The translations under genes were made by a program, and so were the position numbers. From a virus (taxonomy: Duplodnaviria > Caudoviricetes), in IMG/VR virus record IMGVR_UViG_3300020577_010124, positions 96,001 to 160,000 of that record: a DNA stretch of 64,000 nucleotides; one strand, given 5' to 3'. This document shows, piece by piece, positions 23,501 through 31,227 of this stretch; the first letter of the stretch is position 1; each line of letters starts with the position of its first letter. Under the pieces are notes generated by a model. The model made no database searches. It saw only the letters and a program-made list of their open reading frames with translations, and had not been told where the DNA came from.

Positions 23501-24340
23501 GCGTTTACTTTTAGCTCAAGCGATGTTCCTAGCGGAACAACCGTAGAACAATACGCTCGTTCTCGCGGCGAAAGCATACTAAAAGTAGGCGATAGCGTTT
23601 ACGCAACTATTCGAGCAAATGACGGAACCCTATTCAGCGAAGTAGTTCGTTCTCAAGCTCTTAGTGTTATAGAGGCTCCTCCGTTTATCTCTAACGTTAT
23701 AGTAAAGGGAAAGAGAAATGACGGTTCGCTTCAAGATACTGTAACAACTGCTACAAGAGCATTTGCTAGCTTTGCTTTCTTCCAAGACGGAACAGGAACA
23801 ACCAAGTCGCAGATCATCTGGTTTGTCAATGGTATTGAGTTCAAGAGAGGAAACCTCAATGAAATCGTTGGAGGTATTTCCAACAACGAAATTATTGTTG
23901 GAGAAATCAAGAACAACATTCTTGGTATAACTTTGGGCAATACTATTGAGGTTCAGATACTTCCAGTTTCAGGTTCTATTATTGGAAATCCAGTAACTAG
24001 TTCTCCTATCTCTGTAGAGAATGATCCTCCTTCTGTAAGAAATGTAGCAGTCAGCCCAAGTCCAACAGCTTCGTCGTCGTCAGCATTGCAGCTAACGTAT
24101 GTCTACGTTGATGTAGAATCTCAACAACAAGGCAGTACGCAGAACGACCAGAGTTCCGTCAAGTGGTATCGAGCCGCAAGGGGTTCAAGCGAGTTTGTAG
24201 AGGTTAGTTCTTTGCAAAATCAGAAGATTGTCCCTGCGGTGAATACCTCTTCGGGCGAGATGTGGAAAGCCGAAGTAATTCCATTCGACGGAATTAGCGT
24301 TGGCACAACTGTAGTAAGCAATATCATAACGATTATTTGA
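14600..24340 (+). CDS. Giant (3246 aa) virion protein: vWA, LamG/concanavalin-like, FN3-like, Kelch propeller and Ig-like domains
   Basis: MIDAS motif DQSGS; LamG (GLWHFNEG...TMMAWI...NQWNHVAVT...FYING); Kelch repeats (LYAIGG, IYVFGG, VYIIGG, HYFLGG, VYVGGG); C-terminal beta-sandwich repeats (IKWFING, IIWFVNG, VKWYR). Confidence 0.75.
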   Translation: MILTKASVFLRIVGNPSSLVSFVVPEEGFVSFDAANFSKLEQGDPYVVFDVVADDYYGSGYLSVGYKRLEYLWPTITYPITAEKTGKYNLFIRVKTSGEFFNFSLLINGVNLLDKIVTTPQNQWTWISLPLVIADKKKFDLSIIPKTEGCLIDSFHISVNDTLPDVIEYQNSFLTVHFRMYEIDSDYQPNISLPIYGYKTSIEDILDDNWYNFSLETLPAYISKTFNLHYAATLFVSGSSESLYIMWDYAQDNGFTLDPYLQTCSLVLDSDTKTWSIDCEKKFALRLYSSRDAIDENACKAIVPASALTTKTVKTFSTNTSPVFVNTKAVPTIENEEKVQLSLPDRIVSIVMDQSGSQTWNDSSGVRHELARRMVDKLNATYPGDLKYNLVNFQSTPIKINFFAVTENDNLNTSDAGAAASEFFEDQESGYAGVRIVRKQGSYPTGPLDGDIVTEGFLERAFSDGLEEGQEYYYAAYTFNSSGVFSEGTFIKATPRERILPHGVGNFTSRVIIGTGVRRDENTIGLWHFNEGIDQTIYDFSDTSFTLTSSDDFIWLNFSDVPSGTSGVRFNGTATRFVGTDSNGDFVKSHYTMMAWIYPFDFNSKRTIVSRESSSTSAVGFRFGINTNKTLFFTLDDSTIASSSALLTANQWNHVAVTVDVSGNVASFYINGYFAGSGTLAQGANHSVAAMNLYIGGRQSSFFGKMTELSIHDSLRSAAYIAEAAVQPETSTDKLLDNGDRLVLLTYVVSDDFNYPGGTVRILRKESVGPAVFDYATSSSGSSPQLVFKGFGAGPSHENDGDVVYETSASSGSFTIALPYDYVLDRTYNYRIYSSNVLGNFSSNSDSPTIPIKIPNFKTKAARNAAISMPLIAPVENATLTIGNHKNYITWDAVTDENAEQVLVYWSDSGFPIISNDQGVDAGAILVFSGKPSDTYVVDRNIDNQIVSYYAIVVADKYGFYSQPVFVSGVPVSNAFEGNIPLLTISNLGYQIVNENALSLSWDAPVKFQKDIEAWFDQRVALYAQITDEFGAPIADNSQISFTATASVGSAQLAEDVFGETISGQALVPDAKSCFILSSSSIGNGFIRGVFRMTSDLDILSAINQLSADVRVSYSIPDRDNPGSNVFEFTSLPVHIEMDNPFSMEMLNIGDNNGFFGEGTSSGRGSKRRRRGSGAAPHVGSAATSAGGDTVKVLCKRTVPLDDQSFISSGGLEFDPDKFKEFPGCWIRRTRPFVSRVVILYRGEAISNAPDCDVAVFEASDPQCDRDDSSSNPCSQSGGGASSSPPEFVPGFSSRRSRSVQPPATSLPFRTGLQLLNDGTTKLVSYVDIPLKAPRTPQAIMLFAKTGYNGFFARKKMYVVFDNILRIETTIEPPESNCIDVAEQQAKVYLIDPDSTDVENPRKLAVPDSQIVRWELRKGTSGKDRPFYSTDNVPTGPGVFSYTRSGSARKVFFGPACGVTWLTYVPCPGNIILLPELYAIKASVIYDGLHAFEERPAIVYPPGDVRGFGSRFLMQMPNFVNDIYADGYDLAHVTIYHDPNIASGQIADCFKQCARDFNRPIFSLGNGQIVDIESGGDFEILYGDSLQVTFDEALDEYVITNASQEIGFAQIPLAQSGNRTDFYIRINKFLGRPQPVKPNDNQDQDPLSSTNQCSCIEVPPGLSSKTDLKIITGKTSIMFNGQTRFLSGGGDLKNGVPPTTIALREPLDISIVDIRRNGESVEKILCDSLSVHEFIVEVKFKDKAVPNGTPVFLTVGGINPEKIVLFSDTIFTQKLNDPILNPEGNKRSFASFFVYPFSAQAAFSGQVQAETNYDKRGDVVRSMTACITIKYDPSEKKPEATVTPEGEISSVFSGSLDVYDTYTDTWSQKALMKYPRGCLTLDWSFDAYGEQLYAIGGLNGKSILSYNEMYDIANDIWHTKKQMRVARFYHMSVQDSGYIYVFGGIVADGSVLAISRSVERYDIVNDVWEDVASLPIFGENPYGVAMGACVKLDNKVYIIGGIRKIGPQGSIEAMNDRVLVFDLDTQTWSWSSVYEDLDLALFTRISPTAFADKNGGFIHVLGGAVAGERDADTGAQSLEFLTDTFNINISTFAVVQDDYLYDNLPKPRYRNGHAQIGDIHYFLGGTNGKSQVLNLFESVEETSPVFTEQRLENMPKAKTAFGSTSDSWRYVYVGGGLTSGRPEGFLQILAEANPGSIRLDGQQSATVNIELKNDVGEHPNKSIRVLVQGIVLFKNATANQDGSGGTNSQQQSANSAARDALIYPVVFSSNDFVINNGVGATIMLPRSEDILKKVDEIKRKLGIVDPVTGDNGQAEDNTLVINEGEIRNPYTIKVRITILDGFYYGQTVIDIKDNQDSSVSTTPVELPPPTETTTTVSTPSGPQTTTTTTFSGCKEASGSQFAPIANQGSQTPTTDGSNVVIDQGLQQSDNPIFDLNPSQAPQLDSPTVSYFSDIEWIPQVIISVDNGDYGSIIKNLNRMRNEIPFGASQLYDALSKTASLMLGEELDSFAKSIYVNTDNEENLSFVTVDTAIEDIQAVDGFAETPVLINNLSVVFPLTLSAQLARTDTENLDRISNETGGQSQTVIDASYIDEVLNNAIGRVTGSIGWGIYECIIDLGKNSIINTIAIECELYPNTEGNWKISTSEDGFNYSVYSDPFNVNKDIQLTNVVGRYLKFSITLLSGLSASIESEYDLTPTPGVPAITGILIDYNIPTESFIYMNSDVLDRSPQQVAIAVSANRPLLSEIDVGVTTSKSTNWSDYYSGSQPSVDRFGKIFVPIRYTQTQDHTLDESLENIDGFMWKTIYGRWDVTSQVTIKDEDNNIVDPDIYRLYPQEGMVIFNSKQTGSFSISVENAGRIKVGLRVLNSDSEQAVQINGLGYMYNTNVFLPPPLSQRPPTVTDFNITPSELTIYQKIGLTYRYFDINQLDEQLDKSEIKWFINGVEVEYLRNVRTWNDITNTEDPIWIYAFTFSSSDVPSGTTVEQYARSRGESILKVGDSVYATIRANDGTLFSEVVRSQALSVIEAPPFISNVIVKGKRNDGSLQDTVTTATRAFASFAFFQDGTGTTKSQIIWFVNGIEFKRGNLNEIVGGISNNEIIVGEIKNNILGITLGNTIEVQILPVSGSIIGNPVTSSPISVENDPPSVRNVAVSPSPTASSSSALQLTYVYVDVESQQQGSTQNDQSSVKWYRAARGSSEFVEVSSLQNQKIVPAVNTSSGEMWKAEVIPFDGISVGTTVVSNIITII

Positions 24341-24341
24341 T

Positions 24342-25106
24342 ATGTCTAAAGAAGCATACTTCCCTACAACTGTAGTTGTTCTCTGTTATAACAACAGAAG
24401 TGTTACGGAAAAGTTTATGGAACTTTTCAAGGCTAACACAACTAACTACAATCTGATTATCATTGACAACGGTTCCTCTGATGGGACCGTTGATTATCTT
24501 AATGAAATCTTTCCTACATTTGAAGGCAATGCCGAGCTAATACTTAATCAAGAAAACTTGGGTGTCATTGGCGGACGCAACCAGGGTTTTGGAGAGTTCT
24601 TGAGTCAAGCTCCTTATCCAACAAAAGGAATGCCGTTTCGATATTCCGAATATTTATGCTTTCTCGATAATGATCAGTTTGTTAGACAAGGATGGCTTAC
24701 TCAATATCATGAGTTTATGCAAAAGGGTAACTATGATATGATAGGAGCGGACGCTTGGCTAATGGATTCAAAGTTTATGCCAAGACACAACTGTTCAAGG
24801 GCTGGGGAATCTTTTACCTATGTTGGTTGCGGCGGAATGATGATAAAGCGAAAGGTTGTTGAAGACCTAAAAGGCTTTGATCCTCAGTTTAATCCAGCAT
24901 ATTTTGAAGATCCTGATTACAACTTTCGCGCAAGAGAAAAAGGCTATAAGATTGGCTGGAACTATCAAGCTCGAATAACTCATCTTCCGCATCAAACCCT
25001 AGGCAAGTCAAATGATAGAATGAAATATTTTGTACAAAGCTTTGATAGGTTCAAGGCAAAATGGAAGGGTAAGGAATTTCCTGCCCTTAGACAAAATCCG
25101 ATTTAA
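24342..25106 (+). CDS. Glycosyltransferase family 2
   Basis: VVVLCYN, IIIDNGSSDGT, NLGVIGGRNQG, FLDND (DxD), YFEDPD. Confidence 0.9.
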   Translation: MSKEAYFPTTVVVLCYNNRSVTEKFMELFKANTTNYNLIIIDNGSSDGTVDYLNEIFPTFEGNAELILNQENLGVIGGRNQGFGEFLSQAPYPTKGMPFRYSEYLCFLDNDQFVRQGWLTQYHEFMQKGNYDMIGADAWLMDSKFMPRHNCSRAGESFTYVGCGGMMIKRKVVEDLKGFDPQFNPAYFEDPDYNFRAREKGYKIGWNYQARITHLPHQTLGKSNDRMKYFVQSFDRFKAKWKGKEFPALRQNPI

Positions 25107-25110
25107 CTGC

Positions 25111-26226
25111 ATGAAGCTTTTAGTATGCACTAATTTTGCCCAACCCTTTCATACAGGCGGAGCCGAGAGGGTCGTTCAGCAAATAACAGAATCGCTTACC
25201 CAAGAACATAAATGGGAATGCTCTGTTCTATGTCAATTTGGAACTAAACCTATTGTTCATAATGGAGTTCAGGTAATTCCTATTGGCAATGCTCCCGAGA
25301 AGACTTTTCTAGATACTGTCGAAGCTATAAATCCTGACCATATCTTTGTTTACAGCGATTGGTATTCTCATTGGGAAACCTTGCTCAAGAATGCCGAAAA
25401 ACTTCGCGCAAAAAAGAGTATTGGACTGGTCGGAATGAATCGGATGCGTTCTCCGCTTACTGCCAACGCCTCAATAGCTCAATCATTTCGGTCTAAGCAT
25501 CATTTGTTCAAAGTATTAGCTCATGCAGACAAGTATATAGATGCTCAAACTTGTAGAGAATGGGGAATCCCTGTTTCAATTATACATAATGCAATAGACC
25601 TAGAAGAATTTTCTCCTCCAACTCTTGATTTTAGGAAAGTATACAATATCAAGACTAAGAAGATGCTTCTATGCGTGGCTAACTTTTTTCATGGTAAAGG
25701 ACAGGAATATTTACTTCCTATTATGAAAAGGTTATCAGACCAGGATGTAACTCTTGTGTTTATTTGTTCTACTTTGGCATTTCGTCCAGGAAACCTCAGG
25801 ATGAAGCAAATATCAGAGCAGATAACGAGAATGAATCTTCCTATACGCATTCTTCAAGATATCCCTCGATCTCATGTTATATCAGCGTATTTTGCCTCAG
25901 ACGCTTTTGTTTTCCCTTCGCAAACTGAATGCGGCCCCATTGTAGTTCTTGAATCTATGGCCGCAGGGAAGCCTTGGGTTGCTCTAAATGTTGGTCATAT
26001 CCCCGAACTCAAAGGGGGTATTTGCGTGCATTCCGTGCCAGGCAGGGGCGAATACCTAGCTTTTGACGATCGAGTTTCTACCGAGTTTGAAAGCGCAACT
26101 CGGAAACTGCTTTCGGATTCAACTCTTTCCGAGCAGATGGGCTTTGAGGGTCGGGCGCAAATAGGCCAAGAATACAATTGGTCGATTATAAGTAGACAGT
26201 ATAAAGAGTTTTTTGAAAGTGCCTAA
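25111..26226 (+). CDS. Glycosyltransferase family 4 (GT-B)
   Basis: GGAERVV, IIHNAID, KGQ, DAFVFPSQTECGPIVVLESMAAGKP, GHIPE. ATG at 25111 preferred over TTG at 25030. Confidence 0.9.
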   Translation: MKLLVCTNFAQPFHTGGAERVVQQITESLTQEHKWECSVLCQFGTKPIVHNGVQVIPIGNAPEKTFLDTVEAINPDHIFVYSDWYSHWETLLKNAEKLRAKKSIGLVGMNRMRSPLTANASIAQSFRSKHHLFKVLAHADKYIDAQTCREWGIPVSIIHNAIDLEEFSPPTLDFRKVYNIKTKKMLLCVANFFHGKGQEYLLPIMKRLSDQDVTLVFICSTLAFRPGNLRMKQISEQITRMNLPIRILQDIPRSHVISAYFASDAFVFPSQTECGPIVVLESMAAGKPWVALNVGHIPELKGGICVHSVPGRGEYLAFDDRVSTEFESATRKLLSDSTLSEQMGFEGRAQIGQEYNWSIISRQYKEFFESA

Positions 26227-26953
26227 AGTAAGCGTCATAACTCCCGTCTACAACTGCGAATCCTTTGTCAAGGAATCGTTGTCTTCTGTTCTGAATCAAA
26301 CTTTTCAGGATTTTGAGTTCATCATTATCAATGATGGCTCGACCGATAAAACTCATGATATCGTCTCGTCCTTTAAGGACAAGCGTATTCGTTACATAAG
26401 TCATGAAGACAATAAGGGAGTTATGGAGAGATCGAAGGAAGCTATTGAGCTTGCCGTAGGAGAATATATTGCCGTCCATGACGGAGACGACGTAAGCATG
26501 TCTATTCGCTTAGAGCAAGAAGTGGCCTACCTAGATGCTAACCCTGAAATTTTTTGCGTAGGTGGACGAGCAAAGAAGATAGACATGAATGGATTCTTCA
26601 TAGGAGACTGGGACTTCCCAACTCCTAATCATGACGACATTGTAAAGATGCTAAGGATACATAAAAAATGCCCTATCATCAATCCTACCTCAATGTACCG
26701 TCTTTCAGTCTATAACGAACTAGGCGGGTATTCTTCTCGCAAAGAAGTAGACGGCGCTCATGATTTCGACTTTTGGTGCCGAGCTATCTTGGCGGGTAAG
26801 AAGTTTCATAATATACAAGACTATCTGATCAAATACAGAGTAAACACAGAAGGCATGACTCGTAGACAGAAGCTAAAACAGTTTGCTGCATATAACACGG
26901 TCATGCTTGAATTTTTGCAAAGGATAAAGAATGTTCAACTTCACGGCTCCTAA
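26213..26953 (+). CDS. Glycosyltransferase family 2
   Basis: VSVITPVYN...SVLNQTFQDFEFIIINDGSTD, GEYIAVHDGDD, HDFDFW. Confidence 0.92.
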   Translation: MKVPKVSVITPVYNCESFVKESLSSVLNQTFQDFEFIIINDGSTDKTHDIVSSFKDKRIRYISHEDNKGVMERSKEAIELAVGEYIAVHDGDDVSMSIRLEQEVAYLDANPEIFCVGGRAKKIDMNGFFIGDWDFPTPNHDDIVKMLRIHKKCPIINPTSMYRLSVYNELGGYSSRKEVDGAHDFDFWCRAILAGKKFHNIQDYLIKYRVNTEGMTRRQKLKQFAAYNTVMLEFLQRIKNVQLHGS

Positions 26954-28124
26954 ATGGACTAATGAGCAAATGGAGATTTTGTACACGGAGCGTCAAAAAG
27001 GAACTCCATACAAAGTCATCAGTAACATGGTTAAAAGATCTGAGGGCGCTTGCTCAGATAAGTACCTATCAACCGATTGGTCGCAATATGACTTTTTTGT
27101 TGCGGACGCAGACGAGATAAAGAAAGCAAAGATCGAAGAAGGCAACTTCAAGGTTGAGCTTAGTATCCAAAACAAGCTTGCGAAGTTTCAGCTTCAGGCG
27201 GATATTGTTGCGGACAAGCTTTTCCAGGCGGCAAGAAAACTCCCTATTGCTCCTATGCCTGTTTATCAGCCGTCTAATCAGCAGAAGCGAACCGCTGAAG
27301 ATATGGGGCTTATTCTAAGCGATCTTCATATTGGACATGAACATACCAATGAAGAAACAGGCGGTCTATCAGAATACAATCTAGACATTTTCCATCAAAG
27401 AATGGAAAACCTGCGGTTGGCCGTTACGGACATCAAAGAACTTCATTCAAAGCTTTATAACATTCCTAAGCTGCATATCTTTTGTTTAGGAGATATCGTA
27501 GAAGGAGCTAATACTGCGGGCGCATGGTCGCCTGTGTATATTGGTACGCCTATCTTCGATCAGGTTATGATTGGTTATAGAACCATTGCTGACTTCATCT
27601 ATTATATGCTTACCTTGTTTGAAGAAGTTCATTTCTATGGTTTGGGCGGAAATCACGGTCGTATCGCTCCTAGCGGCGCAGAAAAGAAGTATAACAACTT
27701 TGATCATTTCTGTTATAAGTATCTTGAGCTAGAGTTCAAGAACGAACCTCGAATCAAGTTCCATGTTCCAAAGACCTGGTGGATGATTGAGGAAATATTG
27801 AATCATAAGTTCCTCATGGTTCACGGCGACGACGTAAAAGCCAAGAACCCTCCTGTTTCTTCGTTCTTGGAACTTGAGCGAAAGATGACAGGTATTACAA
27901 AGCAGATTCCTAACTATACGCTTTGCGGTCACTTCCATAATTGCTCAGAGTATACAACTCACAATGGTAAGGTTCTTATGAATGGTTCATTCGTAGGAGC
28001 AGACGTTTATTCTTTGAGTAATGCAATGCCTGGAACAAGTCCAGAACAGAAGTTGTTTGGAATACATCCGAAGATTGGTATTACTTGGACTTATAATGTC
28101 AATCTAAAGCATTCCCGCAACTAA
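26931..28124 (+). CDS. Calcineurin-like metallophosphoesterase with an N-terminal Myb/HTH-like domain
   Basis: SDLH, GDIVEG, GNHGR, HGD and GHFH motifs; N-terminal KWT...I...VKRSEGAC pattern. Confidence 0.85.
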   Translation: MFNFTAPKWTNEQMEILYTERQKGTPYKVISNMVKRSEGACSDKYLSTDWSQYDFFVADADEIKKAKIEEGNFKVELSIQNKLAKFQLQADIVADKLFQAARKLPIAPMPVYQPSNQQKRTAEDMGLILSDLHIGHEHTNEETGGLSEYNLDIFHQRMENLRLAVTDIKELHSKLYNIPKLHIFCLGDIVEGANTAGAWSPVYIGTPIFDQVMIGYRTIADFIYYMLTLFEEVHFYGLGGNHGRIAPSGAEKKYNNFDHFCYKYLELEFKNEPRIKFHVPKTWWMIEEILNHKFLMVHGDDVKAKNPPVSSFLELERKMTGITKQIPNYTLCGHFHNCSEYTTHNGKVLMNGSFVGADVYSLSNAMPGTSPEQKLFGIHPKIGITWTYNVNLKHSRN

Positions 28125-28151
28125 AGGAAATGCTAACAATTTTGTGAATAA
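28124..28151 (+). promoter_or_regulatory. Candidate promoter AAGGA-N17-GAATAA
   Basis: Lies in a short intergenic gap; same geometry as the site at 51359-51386. Confidence 0.45.
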
Positions 28152-28157
28152 CATTGC

Positions 28158-29222
28158 ATGGACTACAAAATAAGCAATTTCAGTTTGGTTCACAAGGCCT
28201 TGCAGGTACTCTGCAAAAGGCTAGACTGTGACTTTATAGACCTTCCTGTAAGATTTGAGGAAGTAGACTCGCCATCCTTTGATAAGCGCGGTATAGTTAT
28301 CAAAAAGGGCAAATCCGTATTAGATACGATGGTCTATATCTATTCAGCATATGTCAATGCAATGGGAGCTATTTGTGGGCGAAACATAGACACGCTGGAA
28401 GCAAGACATTCTTTGACAAATCTCTTCATAGCAATGTTGAGAGATTTTAGAACCGAATACGGTAGCAAATCAGTCTTCAATAGCGACGATACGTTTCTTA
28501 TGAAGCTTGACCAGTTTCCTGTAGTATGGTTGTTGCTTAAAAACATTTTCTGTCCTTATAAGAATCTACCACTAACAAATGCGAGAGTCGTAGCAACTTC
28601 CGCTAGCGATCATGATGTAGCTATTTACGTCAAAGAAGGCGATACGATTGAAAATGGAGACGAGTATCCTTGCATTTTTGTAAACCTTGATATTGAGAAA
28701 AATGCTGTACGTTCGGCTTTTCTTCTAGTTGAAGCTCTAAGACTTCATATGGACGAAAAAGAATCTCCTGAAGCATTGATACGAGAAGTATTTTCTAACT
28801 TCTTTATGAGGGACCGTCTTATTGATTTCCTTGGAATGGCCTTTATCAATGACGACGAGGTTTCGAACTTTTTAGCTGTACTTTCTATTCTTTGTCAATC
28901 AAAAGAAATTGAAGACATTGCTATGGGAGTCAAGAAACTCGGGGACGTAAAAACGGCTCAAGCGAATCCATATGTAGGTAACTGGTGGTTCTTAGGTTTA
29001 CATGAGAAAATGCTAGATTCGGTTCGAGGTCCAGATTGGTCTACGTCTGTTGCTCTAAAGAACTTCAATCAAGAACTTTGGGACAAAGTGGAAGACGAGC
29101 GAAAGAGAAGGGGAATGTCCGAACTTCCTTTTGAACTTTTGTTGAGAGTCCAAAGCGAAGGCTTACAAGCGACTCCTAATCAGACGATGCAAGAGTTGTT
29201 GTCAAAAACAAGAATTTGGTAA
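28158..29222 (+). CDS. Hypothetical phage protein
   Basis: 354-aa ORF in gene-dense context; no recognisable motif. Confidence 0.6.
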   Translation: MDYKISNFSLVHKALQVLCKRLDCDFIDLPVRFEEVDSPSFDKRGIVIKKGKSVLDTMVYIYSAYVNAMGAICGRNIDTLEARHSLTNLFIAMLRDFRTEYGSKSVFNSDDTFLMKLDQFPVVWLLLKNIFCPYKNLPLTNARVVATSASDHDVAIYVKEGDTIENGDEYPCIFVNLDIEKNAVRSAFLLVEALRLHMDEKESPEALIREVFSNFFMRDRLIDFLGMAFINDDEVSNFLAVLSILCQSKEIEDIAMGVKKLGDVKTAQANPYVGNWWFLGLHEKMLDSVRGPDWSTSVALKNFNQELWDKVEDERKRRGMSELPFELLLRVQSEGLQATPNQTMQELLSKTRIW

Positions 29223-29231
29223 GGAAGAATT

Positions 29232-29483
29232 ATGCCAGAACCAATTGATTACAATGCAATGACAGAGATCGAGTTCCTTAACAAGTCGGCAGCGACTATG
29301 GCTCGTCATGTAAAAAACATTGAGAACATGCTAACGATGATGCGCAATGGGCAGTTTATTGCTGCATATCAACAGTTGAGCGGAACTTATGAAGGGCTTG
29401 AGTATCTTAATCAAGTAACTAAAACTAGAGTCATCTTCAAGGGGGCAACTAGTGAAACTAATACAAACGCCAAGCCTAATTAA
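29232..29483 (+). CDS. Hypothetical protein
   Basis: AAGGA RBS upstream of ATG; fills the gap between neighbours. Confidence 0.6.
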   Translation: MPEPIDYNAMTEIEFLNKSAATMARHVKNIENMLTMMRNGQFIAAYQQLSGTYEGLEYLNQVTKTRVIFKGATSETNTNAKPN

Positions 29484-29691
29484 GTTGATGTCTGATCTAA
29501 AGACTCAACCAGGCGTATTCCCTAATGAGAATAATGACGGTCAAGGCGGATTGTTTTATCAAGATCCTGCCGATGATCCTCAATCCATTATAAAGAGATG
29601 GAATCGAAAACAGAGAGTTCCTAAGCAACGCATTTACCAGCTAGGAATAGACGTACCAAGTGTGATAAAGAATAAGCCAGGGATGTTATGA
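29452..29691 (+). CDS. Hypothetical protein
   Basis: GTG start after AAGGGGG; stop overlaps the next ATG (ATGA). Confidence 0.5.
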   Translation: MKLIQTPSLIKLMSDLKTQPGVFPNENNDGQGGLFYQDPADDPQSIIKRWNRKQRVPKQRIYQLGIDVPSVIKNKPGML

Positions 29692-31226
29692 CCACAGCAG
29701 TAGCTACTGCGATTACTCTTCGCGTAACAGATTCGACAACATATGTTACAGGTAAGCTCTCAAAAGAGATTTATCAAGAGTTCAAAAAGACGCTCGGATA
29801 CAAAGACCCAAATGCTATTTGGCGAGGCAGACAAGCCAAGGCCAAAAACTGGGACGGCTATCTTACGGCTGTTTGTTATAGTAAGACTCACTGTAAATGC
29901 TCTATCAAGAAAGACGGAGTTCACTTTCCCTCTGGATTGTACAGTAGGGCCGCTGATTTTTTCAAGGTCTATGGGGTTCCCTTTTCTGTTGTAGACGAGC
30001 GAAGTAGCTTTGCTAATAATCAAGTCCTTATAGGAACGAATCCTGATTTTCAGGTTCGAGATTATCAGCAAGAAGTTATTGATAAAGCGACTAAACAGCA
30101 ACGAGGCATCATTAAAGTTGCTACGGGCGGAGGTAAGACCGCTATTGGCGCAGGAATTATCTCTAAGCTTGGTGTTGGTCCGTTTATTTTCTATGTAACT
30201 TCTCAAGACCTTTTGCGTCAGGCAAAATCTGAGTTGCAACGATTCCTGAATATCAATGGGCTTCCTATAGACGTTGGCGTTATTGGAGGCGGCAAGTGCG
30301 AAGTTCGAGACGTAAACATCATGACTGTTCAAACAGCATGTAGAGCGCTCGGAGAAAAGTACAAGAAGTTTGACGACGAAGATAGCGAAAAGGAAGAACT
30401 TTCGCAAGAAGCTAAAGACCGTTATGACGTTATTGCTAATCTGATCCATAACGCTAAGGGAATGATCTGCGACGAAGTGCAGCATTGGGCTGCTGAAACG
30501 TGCCAGGTCATTGCTGACCATTCCTATAACGCTAGATTCAGATACGGTCTTTCTGCAACTCCTTGGCGAGATATGGGAGACGATCTCCTTATTGACGCTT
30601 GCTTTGGTCGGCAGATAGCAGATATCAATGCATCCTTTCTTATCAAGAAGGGCATCCTAGTTCGTCCTACAATCTATTTTGTTCATACTCGTAAGAAACT
30701 TGACGACGAGGCGACATACCAGACTGCCTACAAAGAAGGCATTGTGCAAAACGAAGAGCGCAATCTTATGATTGCAAACATTGCGCAGAACATGGTTAGC
30801 GAAAAGCGCAATGTCCTTATTCTTGTCAAGCATATTGAACATGGAACATTGCTTGAAGCATTGATTCCTGATAGCTTCTTTATCAATGGTTCTCATAGCG
30901 ATAAGATGAGAGCGGGTCATATCGAGGAAATGCGAATCAAGAAAGCTCCGATCACTATTGCAACGTCAATCTTTGACGAAGGCGTTGACGTAAAGCCTCT
31001 TGACGGTCTTATCTTGGCTGGTAGTGGTAAGTCGCAAACTCGTGCTTTACAGCGTATTGGTAGAGTTATTCGTACATATGAAGACGTAGCTACAAACTTT
31101 GTGAAGAAAGACGCTTATGTTGTCGATTTTCACGATAACATGAAGTATATGCTCGGTCATAGTAGAGCGCGTCGTCGTATATACGAAACTGAACCCGAGT
31201 TTGTGATTAAGGACTTCAAAGCCTAA
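29688..31226 (+). CDS. Superfamily 2 DNA helicase (UvsW/XPB-like)
   Basis: RDYQ, ATGGGKT, DEVQH, GLSATP, IFDEGVD, QRIGRVIR. Confidence 0.92.
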   Translation: MTTAVATAITLRVTDSTTYVTGKLSKEIYQEFKKTLGYKDPNAIWRGRQAKAKNWDGYLTAVCYSKTHCKCSIKKDGVHFPSGLYSRAADFFKVYGVPFSVVDERSSFANNQVLIGTNPDFQVRDYQQEVIDKATKQQRGIIKVATGGGKTAIGAGIISKLGVGPFIFYVTSQDLLRQAKSELQRFLNINGLPIDVGVIGGGKCEVRDVNIMTVQTACRALGEKYKKFDDEDSEKEELSQEAKDRYDVIANLIHNAKGMICDEVQHWAAETCQVIADHSYNARFRYGLSATPWRDMGDDLLIDACFGRQIADINASFLIKKGILVRPTIYFVHTRKKLDDEATYQTAYKEGIVQNEERNLMIANIAQNMVSEKRNVLILVKHIEHGTLLEALIPDSFFINGSHSDKMRAGHIEEMRIKKAPITIATSIFDEGVDVKPLDGLILAGSGKSQTRALQRIGRVIRTYEDVATNFVKKDAYVVDFHDNMKYMLGHSRARRRIYETEPEFVIKDFKA

Positions 31227-31227
31227 T

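Noticed and set aside
28945-28965. VKTAQ as a possible prohead-protease cleavage motif
   Set aside because: Only one occurrence noticed in the window; cannot be distinguished from chance.
29760-30521. 253-aa minus-strand ORF and the other short antisense or nested ORFs in the track
   Set aside because: They lie opposite or inside well-supported + strand genes and have no recognisable motifs; treated as shadow ORFs.
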